The position numbers were made by a program, and so were the translations under genes. Shown here piece after piece: positions 40,917 to 47,313 of a stretch of DNA of 47,313 bases. The notes beneath the pieces were generated by a model, which did no database searches, was not told the origin of the DNA, and saw only the letters and a program-made list of their open reading frames with translations. Numbering within the stretch: position 1 is the stretch's first letter; each line of letters begins with the position of its first letter. The DNA comes from Parcubacteria group bacterium (GTDB lineage Bacteria; Patescibacteriota; Minisyncoccia; Phycocordibacterales; JABMNX01): positions 1 through 47,313 of the forward strand of contig JADHUY010000001.1 in assembly GCA_016784305.1 (NCBI GenBank), given 5' to 3'.

Positions 40917-42800
40917 CTACCTAACTTCATAGCCCTCTTTACTTGAAAGAGTTGATGCAACCACATCCATAACCTTATTTATCTCTTCATCAGTGAGTGT
41001 CCTTTCTTGTGACTGGAAAACTAGACGGAAGGCATACGATACACGCTCATCTTTCTCAAACCTATCAAAAATCATACTTTGTACGAGCAGTCCGCCAGCA
41101 GTGTCTTTAATTAGGCTTAGTAGATCACTTTCTTTTATTTCCCTTGGTACCCAAACCGCAATATCGCGAAGCACGAATGGATACAGTGAAAAAGTTTTAT
41201 AGCTAGCTTCACTAACTACCGGCAACTTTTCATATGAAGATACCTCTGGAAGCTCTTTTAGTAACTCCGTTAAATTAAATTCAAATGTCTTGTCTGTGCT
41301 CTCTCCTTTAATATTCACTCCCAAAACCCCACCGATCTTACTTATTGTATCCTTAATCTCTTTACCTACATTCACTCCCAAACAAACCGATGTATGTTCA
41401 TCTTCTTTGGTGAATATATTCCCTATCTCAAATATTTTCATAACACCCATTCCCAAAAGTGGTAGGTTTTTCTCGTTTGAGATAAGCGCTTCTTCCACAC
41501 CTTCTGCGAGGTTTACCCGTAGATGATCTTTGTCACTAGCTAGAGCGTTTTCAAGGGCAACTTCCCCGGAACTTCGAAGCGACCTGCTGTAAACTTCTAC
41601 AAAACCTTCCTTAGAAAGTATGTCGCGTATCACCTCTGCGTAGTAATAGCTCTTATTCACCTCTACTGCACCAGCTTTATCTGGAGCAATTTCTAGAATG
41701 TTTTCATACCCGTATATACGCCCGACTTCCTCTATCAAATCTTCCTTAATGCGTATGTCTAGCCTCTCAAAGGGCGGACTAACAACATACTCATCTCCTT
41801 TTTTCTCATATGAAAAAGCAAGTCTTCTTAAAATGTCCTCCGTCTCACTGTCGTCGATAGATGAACCCAAAAGACTATTTACGTCATTACTTGTAAAAGA
41901 AACTACGACACTTTCTTCTTTTTTTGGATATTCATCAACGTAGCCATCAAGCGTGCCACCTGCAATATCCAGAATAAGCTTTGTAATAACCTTCTGTGCA
42001 TAAGCTGGAAGCCTACTTGATAGTATATTCTCAAAGCGCTTTGATGCGTCTGTATTAAGCTTAAGCTCTCTGCTAGCAAGCCTCGTTGTAACTGAGTCAA
42101 AACTCGCCGCTTCAATGATTACATTTTTAGTATTTTTATCTACTTCTGTTGAGTGGCCTCCCTTTATTCCTGCTATAGCTATAGCCAGGCCTGAGTTTTT
42201 ATCAGATATGACTTGAACATTTGAACTTAATTTATGCTCTCCCCCGTCAAGTGTTTTTATAACCTCACCACCAATCGCATTTCGTACATGGATAGCAACT
42301 CCATCATTTTCTTTATGTAGTTTGTCCATATCAAATGCGTGGAGAGGTTGCCCAATAGAAAACATTATATAGTTTGTAGCATCAACTATATTATTTATAG
42401 ACTTCTGCCCGATTGCTTCTAAACTTTCTTTCAGCCAAGCTGGGGACTCCTTAACTTCCACTCCCTTTATGACAGCTCCTGTGAACCTATGGCACTTATC
42501 AGAGTTTTCTATTGAAACCTCTAAAGAATTAAATTCAGGCGATAGTAGCGCTTCTCCAGAAAGAGGGTCGCCTTTTAATGGAATGTTAAAAATTGCAGAT
42601 ATATCTTTTGCAATTCCGCGATGGCAAAGTGCGTCATGCCCACGGTTTGGAAGCACATCTATATCAAGCACAAAGTCATCTCCTGCGCTCTCTACTTCTT
42701 CAACTTCAAAGGCATGAAATATTAATTTCTCCGATATAACCTCTGCGCTCGGTATCCTCTCATCAAAAAACGTCTGTAGCCACTTATGACTTATCAACAT
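40917..42800 (-). CDS. pheT: phenylalanine--tRNA ligase beta subunit (short, 627 aa)
   Basis: MLISHKWLQTFF start, a B3/4 and B5 region, and a C-terminal FDRFEKDERVSYAFRLVFQSQERTLTDEEI (FDX-ACB). Confidence 0.93.
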   Translation of the reverse strand: MLISHKWLQTFFDERIPSAEVISEKLIFHAFEVEEVESAGDDFVLDIDVLPNRGHDALCHRGIAKDISAIFNIPLKGDPLSGEALLSPEFNSLEVSIENSDKCHRFTGAVIKGVEVKESPAWLKESLEAIGQKSINNIVDATNYIMFSIGQPLHAFDMDKLHKENDGVAIHVRNAIGGEVIKTLDGGEHKLSSNVQVISDKNSGLAIAIAGIKGGHSTEVDKNTKNVIIEAASFDSVTTRLASRELKLNTDASKRFENILSSRLPAYAQKVITKLILDIAGGTLDGYVDEYPKKEESVVVSFTSNDVNSLLGSSIDDSETEDILRRLAFSYEKKGDEYVVSPPFERLDIRIKEDLIEEVGRIYGYENILEIAPDKAGAVEVNKSYYYAEVIRDILSKEGFVEVYSRSLRSSGEVALENALASDKDHLRVNLAEGVEEALISNEKNLPLLGMGVMKIFEIGNIFTKEDEHTSVCLGVNVGKEIKDTISKIGGVLGVNIKGESTDKTFEFNLTELLKELPEVSSYEKLPVVSEASYKTFSLYPFVLRDIAVWVPREIKESDLLSLIKDTAGGLLVQSMIFDRFEKDERVSYAFRLVFQSQERTLTDEEINKVMDVVASTLSSKEGYEVR

Positions 42801-43522
42801 ACAAAAAACTGCTTACTAAGCCTTAAATCTGCATTGCTAAATAATCTTACATCGTCAATCCCATATTTAAGCATTCCTAACCGCTCAAGACCCATGCCAA
42901 AAGCCCACCCTTGATATTTACTAGGATCAATTCCAGCATTTGTAAGAACATTTGGATGCACCATGCCGGCTCCTAATATTTCTATCCATTTACCCACGAG
43001 CCTATCTGGAATATTTTCCCCCACTAGACGCATGTCTACTTCAACACCCGGCTCAACAAATGGAAAATATCCAGGACGAAGACGTATCTCAACGCTTCCT
43101 TTAAAAAACTTCTCGAAAAACTGCTTCAAAACCCCTTTCATGTGAGCAAGGGTTATATCTTCTCCAACCATAAGGCCTTCAACCTGATGAAACTGAGCTT
43201 CGTGTGTCATATCTGTAGCTTCGTTTCTGTATGCCTTGCCTGGCACAATGACGCGTATAGGAAGACTGTCTTTATGCTTCTCCATATAGTGAATCTGCAC
43301 TGGGCTCGTGTGTGTACGAAGTACTTTCTCATTTTTGCTATCAACGAAAAAAGTGTCCTGCATGTCACGCGCTGGATGGTCCTTTGGCACGTTAAGCGAG
43401 TCAAAGTTGTAGTGTTCAGTTTCTATTTCAGGCCCTTCGGCAAAGGCAAAACCCATCTCTCCAAAGATGGTATTTACCTCTCTTATTATGCTTGTAAGCG
43501 GGTGTATATAATACCTCTCCAT
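42794..43522 (-). CDS. pheS: phenylalanine--tRNA ligase alpha subunit (catalytic core only, 242 aa)
   Basis: HPLTSIIREV, DHPARDMQDTFF, FRNEATDMTHEAQFHQVEG and GWAFGMGLERL. Overlaps pheT by 7 nt. Confidence 0.95.
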   Translation of the reverse strand: MERYYIHPLTSIIREVNTIFGEMGFAFAEGPEIETEHYNFDSLNVPKDHPARDMQDTFFVDSKNEKVLRTHTSPVQIHYMEKHKDSLPIRVIVPGKAYRNEATDMTHEAQFHQVEGLMVGEDITLAHMKGVLKQFFEKFFKGSVEIRLRPGYFPFVEPGVEVDMRLVGENIPDRLVGKWIEILGAGMVHPNVLTNAGIDPSKYQGWAFGMGLERLGMLKYGIDDVRLFSNADLRLSKQFFVC

Positions 43523-43529
43523 AAGTGAG

Positions 43530-43535
43530 AGTATA
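43530..43535 (-). promoter_or_regulatory. -10 box TATACT 7 nt upstream of the pheS ATG (leaderless-type)
   Basis: Minus-strand sequence reads TATACT-ctcactt-ATG with no SD. Confidence 0.35.
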
Positions 43536-43570
43536 TCTTAAAGAGCGTCGCTTTCAAGCCTTTTATTAGA

Positions 43571-43612
43571 GCCAAAATTTGCGACCCATCTGGCTGGGTC
43601 GCAAATTTTGGC
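43571..43612. repeat. hairpin 1 of array: 18-bp perfect stem, 6-nt loop
   Basis: gccaaaatttgcgaccca-tctggc-tgggtcgcaaattttggc. Confidence 0.9.
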
Positions 43613-43678
43613 TTGTGTGAGCCATCTAGTAATTGTATAAAATTATAAATCCCAAAACCACCCCCACTACACACCGCA

Positions 43679-43710
43679 CACTTGTTGTACACGATCGTGT
43701 ACAACAAGTG
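43679..43710. repeat. hairpin 2 of array: 32-nt perfect palindrome
   Basis: cacttgttgtacacga|tcgtgtacaacaagtg. Confidence 0.9.
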
Positions 43711-43715
43711 TATTG

Positions 43716-43752
43716 GGTGAAATGATGGACGTCCGACGTCCATCATTTCACC
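43716..43752. repeat. hairpin 3 of array: 16-bp perfect stem, 5-nt loop
   Basis: ggtgaaatgatggacg-tccga-cgtccatcatttcacc. Confidence 0.9.
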
Positions 43753-43882
43753 TCACTCAGCTTCTTTCAACTTCTTTAATAAAGTAGCCACTCCCAACTA
43801 CTCATAGATAGGAATAGACTCACGGTCGTATAGTTATTCCTATATCTTTACCAAGTCCAAAAACAATGTTGTATTAGACATC

Positions 43883-43905
43883 TGTTGGACATCGGATGTC
43901 CAACA
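43883..43905. repeat. hairpin 4 of array: 23-nt palindrome
   Basis: tgttggacatc-g-gatgtccaaca. An upstream aatgttg can alternatively pair with caacatt. Confidence 0.8.
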
Positions 43906-43912
43906 TTACTTA

Positions 43913-43954
43913 AAACCACAAAATCATACGATATATCGTATGATTTTGTGGTTT
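43913..43954. repeat. hairpin 5 of array: 42-nt perfect palindrome
   Basis: aaaccacaaaatcatacgatat|atatcgtatgattttgtggttt. Confidence 0.9.
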
Positions 43955-44020
43955 ACACTTCATACCGAACAAATTAACCAATGCTTACTCTAGAGTTAAT
44001 TCAAGAGTTAATTAAAAAGC

Positions 44021-44060
44021 CACCACCAACCACTTCGATTAATCGAAGTGGTTGGTGGTG
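44021..44060. repeat. hairpin 6 of array: 40-nt perfect palindrome
   Basis: caccaccaaccacttcgatt|aatcgaagtggttggtggtg. Confidence 0.9.
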
Positions 44061-44078
44061 TGGTTAGGAGGTGGAAAT

Positions 44079-45083
44079 CTAAAACTCCTCAAATGCCGGC
44101 ACTAGGGTCACAGTTGCACTCTCTGACATGGTGTTCTCTGTAGTAGGGCACGTTAGAGTGTAGGTGCTTTCTTCTGTGATGGGTGCTGTTGTCTTTGAGC
44201 CACTTTTACCACTTGCAAAGAAGTTGGGGCCAGATACTGTGCAAGAAAGAATGTCGTCATCTCCTAGTGTAGACCATGTGATTAAAGATACGTTTCCTGA
44301 CTTTACTCTAGTGGGGTTGGCTGATATGTCTAGTACTGGCCAGAATACGTTTACGTTAACAAAGTTTTGTCCACCGTTTGAACATATTACAATGAATTGT
44401 GTTGTTACTAGTGGAGAGACTACTACAGTGCCAGATGGTGCTCCTCCAGTGGAGAAGTTGACTCCTGAACTTGATGTTGAGTCTACACAAGAGAATGTGA
44501 GGGTTGCGGAGTTGCCTCCGATTATAGAGGCGTTGCTACTTGAAAGAGACGGAGACGGTGGGGTGGGTGCTGGACGCAATGGTTGTGTTAGTGCTTTCTG
44601 TGAGGGCGCTCTGCGGGTGCTATTCTCTGGTAGTGCGCCGGTACAGGAGCCCGCTCTTTCTGCCGGCACTCTAGCAGAGCAGGTTTCATTGCATTGCATT
44701 GTACCTCTGTTTTTTTCGTTACATGAATTTGCTCTTGAAAAACAGGTCCGTCCATAATTTGGTCCGCAAAATTCTTCTGGTATTCCGCCAATGAACGCGC
44801 TAAAAGAAAAAATCACATCTCCTCCACCAATTTCTCCAGCATTTTCAGCAGCAGCGCCAGTCCCCGGTGCAGTGGAACTGCTGCCAGATCCTGATGACGC
44901 TTCGGCAGCAGCATCACCATCACCCGCTCCACTGCCTCCATCACTTCCACCACCAGCACCACCGTTTGCAAATACAAAGTTGAAAGACAAAAGCAAAAGT
45001 AAGATGACAACAGAAATTAAAACAAAAAATATTGTGGACTCTCTCTTACCATAAAAACTTTTTTTAGTGCTAAATAAAAACAT
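44079..45083 (-). CDS. membrane-anchored secreted protein: Gly/Asp/Ser-rich tract, Cys-rich segment, Pro-rich linker, two Ig-like modules (paralogous in architecture to 33743..35671)
   Basis: N-terminal TM, GGAGGGSDGGSGAGDGD, six Cys within a ~50-aa segment, PAPTPPSPS, and modules with SATLTF.C / SLITWS...C...YTLTC patterns. Confidence 0.8.
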   Translation of the reverse strand: MFLFSTKKSFYGKRESTIFFVLISVVILLLLLSFNFVFANGGAGGGSDGGSGAGDGDAAAEASSGSGSSSTAPGTGAAAENAGEIGGGDVIFSFSAFIGGIPEEFCGPNYGRTCFSRANSCNEKNRGTMQCNETCSARVPAERAGSCTGALPENSTRRAPSQKALTQPLRPAPTPPSPSLSSSNASIIGGNSATLTFSCVDSTSSSGVNFSTGGAPSGTVVVSPLVTTQFIVICSNGGQNFVNVNVFWPVLDISANPTRVKSGNVSLITWSTLGDDDILSCTVSGPNFFASGKSGSKTTAPITEESTYTLTCPTTENTMSESATVTLVPAFEEF

Positions 45084-45087
45084 TTTG

Positions 45088-46263
45088 TTATCTCCAATCA
45101 GTAAGCCACTGGTAGTCTAGGTTAAAGCCGTCAAGCTCAAGTACATTCTCTAGGTGTGAATCCTCAAACCCGTATACCATAATGCGTGGGTCCGCTACTG
45201 CAATGCCGTTTGCCACTAAGTCTGATGCTTGAAATGCTACGTACCTATCATCTGGCGAAAAGACACTGTACGTCACTCTTAAGTTAAGTTTCTTTTTAGC
45301 TTTCATACTAAATGGCTCCCAAGATAGAATGTCAAAAAATGCTATTACCCCTTTCTCTCCTTCGTGGTGGTTTGACCAAGCCAGTGTCTTTTTGTCATTA
45401 GAAAGACTTAACTTCATGTGTGAGCTTGCGACATACTTTACATTAGAGTTTTCTTCTGCATCTCCCTCAACACTCCAAACCTTAACTGGACTTTTTCTTT
45501 CTAGGAGATCGTAAATGTATAGCCCGTCGTTTTTAAGTACAAGTAAATTCCTATCATTTGGAGCAAAGATTGGATTGTATCCTTCTGTTACTAGAATCTC
45601 ATCGCCAGACATGTCTGTTACATACACACGCCAACTTTCTGGCAAGTGCGAATCTCCAAAGCTAGCGTCGTATGCTACGTATGCAATACTTTTTTCGTCA
45701 TTAGACCAGACGGGTTCTCTTTTAAATTGTGTTTGATTGTTTGATACTCTATTAAAAAGCTTTCCATCAGTATTCCCAGAAAATACCTGCATAGGAGAAT
45801 TCTCTTCAATATTTTTTGCAAAAACTATCTTTTTACCGTCTTTGGATAGTTTCGACGTAACTATCTCACCACCATCAAGCTCTATCTCATTAAGCGAAGA
45901 CGAAGAATCAATATCGTATGTATACACTTTTGACAGTACGCTTCCGTCAGTAGGGACTAGCGTTAGGTATATGGTACCTGTTGGGGAAAATGAGTCTGTG
46001 GTAACAAAATCAATTCCTTTTTGTTCATTTTTCGCTAGCCTATCTCTGTCAACACTGGAGAATCCAAAATACCCATCACCTAAGACGCCTGTTAGATACA
46101 ATACTCCAATTAGGGCTGCCACTATCAGCACGGCTGACGCTATGGTTATCTCTTTTGTCTTTATGTTATTTAAAGAAACACTTTCTGCTACCTCTGGACT
46201 GGGCTCAACGTTAGTGCTTTGTATGTTAGTGGGTTGTGAGTTTTGCTTTTGAAAGTCTTCCAT
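45088..46263 (-). CDS. membrane-anchored beta-propeller protein (PD40/TolB-like repeats)
   Basis: N-terminal TM, then repeated S.DGKKIVF / SNDEKSIAYV / SNDKKTLAW / SPDDRYVAF strands. ATG at 46263; the track uses TTG at 46284. Confidence 0.7.
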   Translation of the reverse strand: MEDFQKQNSQPTNIQSTNVEPSPEVAESVSLNNIKTKEITIASAVLIVAALIGVLYLTGVLGDGYFGFSSVDRDRLAKNEQKGIDFVTTDSFSPTGTIYLTLVPTDGSVLSKVYTYDIDSSSSLNEIELDGGEIVTSKLSKDGKKIVFAKNIEENSPMQVFSGNTDGKLFNRVSNNQTQFKREPVWSNDEKSIAYVAYDASFGDSHLPESWRVYVTDMSGDEILVTEGYNPIFAPNDRNLLVLKNDGLYIYDLLERKSPVKVWSVEGDAEENSNVKYVASSHMKLSLSNDKKTLAWSNHHEGEKGVIAFFDILSWEPFSMKAKKKLNLRVTYSVFSPDDRYVAFQASDLVANGIAVADPRIMVYGFEDSHLENVLELDGFNLDYQWLTDWR

Positions 46264-46315
46264 AATATGTATGTAAGTATACAAGATTGAAAGTGTTGTG
46301 GGAAATACAATAGAG

Positions 46316-46345
46316 AAGGCCCGCGGTATAAATACTGCGGGCCTT
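46316..46345 (-). terminator. GC-rich hairpin downstream of the 46388..47077 gene
   Basis: aaggcccgc / gcgggcctt 9-bp stem. Confidence 0.5.
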
Positions 46346-46387
46346 TCACTCCTTTTCGATTTGTTTGTTTAACCGCCGACCAAGCGG

Positions 46388-47077
46388 TTACTGCCGTGGC
46401 GGTAACTCTGCTACCACTGGCTGTTGTAAAGGCTGAATTGCCTTAGCAATACCCTTTGACAGAGCTCTCGCCGTGAAGATGTTTTGAATAATCCTCATAA
46501 GCACAGGCTTAGTCTCGGGTGGTCTTGAAAGACCGTCCACGACGGTATAATCAATGCCGGTATATACAGCCACCATGAACTCGTAGGGCGTACCAGGCAT
46601 GTAGAAAGTTGCCGTCGAGGCCCGCTTTGAATGTAGCCCGATGGTAACCGAGCTGTAATTCCTGACCTCAACAACCAAACCGTTCGATTTCACAACAGCG
46701 GTGTTATCAAACGTCTCTTTGGTCCACCCTTTCACAATCGCCAAGTCCGCTGACTTACGTCCACGCTGACTGTTATCAACGCGCCAGACTATAAAAGCAG
46801 TCTCGAACTCCTTCTTTTCGTCGGCAAGCACACAAAGAACGACTGCGTCAGGATTTTTCCCAATTTCTGAATTGTATCTGCCGGTGGACCGAAGGCTCAA
46901 AGAAGATGTGTCGCACTCCTTACTTCCCCCCTGTCCAACATCCAGGTCAAAAAAGAAACCGACGTATTTTGGAATTACTTCTCGGTCACTACCAAATACT
47001 CCCACAGCAACCGACACCGTCGAAATCCCCGCAACCGCCACAAAGGCAGCGACGAGTAAACCTAAAATTCGAAACAT
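46388..47077 (-). CDS. GC-rich hypothetical secreted protein
   Basis: Signal-peptide-like MFRILGLLVAAFVAVAGISTVSVA. Strong SD AGAAGGAGA 7 nt before the ATG. Adjacent to the right-hand IS copy. Confidence 0.7.
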   Translation of the reverse strand: MFRILGLLVAAFVAVAGISTVSVAVGVFGSDREVIPKYVGFFFDLDVGQGGSKECDTSSLSLRSTGRYNSEIGKNPDAVVLCVLADEKKEFETAFIVWRVDNSQRGRKSADLAIVKGWTKETFDNTAVVKSNGLVVEVRNYSSVTIGLHSKRASTATFYMPGTPYEFMVAVYTGIDYTVVDGLSRPPETKPVLMRIIQNIFTARALSKGIAKAIQPLQQPVVAELPPRQ

Positions 47078-47230
47078 ATCAAGTCTCCTTCTGCGTTGCC
47101 TGCGGTTGTGGCATTTATTAATGAACCTTATTCACCTCACATAATACACATTTCTAGCCAAAAGTCAAGTCCATCGTAATATCTCACTACCTTGGAATCA
47201 CCACCGGATAATTTAGTAAGCTTTACGTAT

Positions 47231-47313
47231 ATGGCATACACAACAAACCCAAAAATGGGAAAGGTGCGCAGAGACGCAGTGCGTCTCGTAAAGTACCGGG
47301 GATGGAGTACAAG
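47231..47313 (+). mobile_element. 5' end of a second transposase gene copy (same family as 1..181), running off the right edge
   Basis: ATG at 47231, translating to MAYTTNPKMGKVRRDAVRLVKYRGWST.... It is 79/83 nt identical to the reverse complement of 99..181. Weaker similarity continues ~45-50 nt upstream of both ATGs. Confidence 0.6.

Noticed and set aside
43486-43746. 86-aa minus-strand ORF spanning the pheS start and hairpins 1-3
   Set aside because: It overlaps the well-supported pheS N-terminus in another frame and reads straight through perfect palindromes. It is almost certainly spurious.
43883-43905. attC-like integron recombination sites among the palindromes (GTTGGAC ... GTCCAAC resembles the GTTRRRY / RYYYAAC core sites)
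   Set aside because: The order of the two core sites is reversed relative to attC. The element is far shorter than attC sites and lacks extrahelical-base asymmetry. No integron integrase is present.
1-47313. Alternative genetic code (UGA recoding as in some candidate phyla), diversity-generating retroelement, retron, or toxin-antitoxin/defence island
   Set aside because: All long conserved genes read through uninterrupted in the standard code. I saw no reverse transcriptase motif (YxDD context), no template/variable repeat pair, and no recognisable defence or TA gene pair.
1-47313. tRNA or rRNA genes in the longer spacers (1925-2486, 7050-7475, 18641-19295, 20954-21142, 43523-44078)
   Set aside because: I found no GGTTCGAATCC-type T-arm with a matching acceptor stem, and no rRNA-like conserved stretches by eye. 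A tRNAscan/Infernal run would be needed to be certain.

Overview
This is a 47.3-kb AT-rich bacterial chromosomal segment that reads cleanly in the standard genetic code and is densely packed with housekeeping genes.

**Gene content**
- Informational genes: hisS, uppP, an rpoB-rpoC-dnaG-rpoD super-cluster, rpsP-KH-trmD, rnr, a short smc, rnc, a nusB-Nudix fusion, rpmF, rnhB, dnaE, thrS, gyrB and pheS-pheT.
- Cell-envelope block: a sortase, Gly/Asp/Ser-rich proteins with Ig-like modules, a CARDB-like protein and a TolB-like propeller.
- Truncated aminoacyl-tRNA synthetases, few Shine-Dalgarno (SD) sites and charged low-complexity tails on core proteins suggest a reduced, CPR/Patescibacteria-like genome. 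This is inference only.
- I recognised no rRNA, tRNA, CRISPR array, reverse transcriptase or known defence system.

**Things that stand out**
1. Both window edges carry inverted, about 95% identical 5' ends of an IS481-like transposase gene.
2. About seven GC-rich islands carry orphan genes with strong SD sites and canonical terminators, inside an SD-poor host background.
3. Many operon-first genes have a TGnTAnnnT box 6-8 nt before the ATG, which looks like a leaderless-mRNA architecture.
4. A family of TCCAAT/ATTGGA-core palindromes brackets accessory genes.
5. Six unrelated perfect 23-42 nt palindromes lie in one 500-bp spacer upstream of pheS.
6. A conserved motif sits exactly 140 nt upstream of both the rpoB and gyrB start codons.
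7. There are two candidate structured RNAs.
8. A sortase lies near a surface protein whose IPYTG-plus-TM sorting signal is internal and is followed by a ~245-aa cytoplasmic domain.

All homology calls rest on motifs I recognised by eye. No searches were run.
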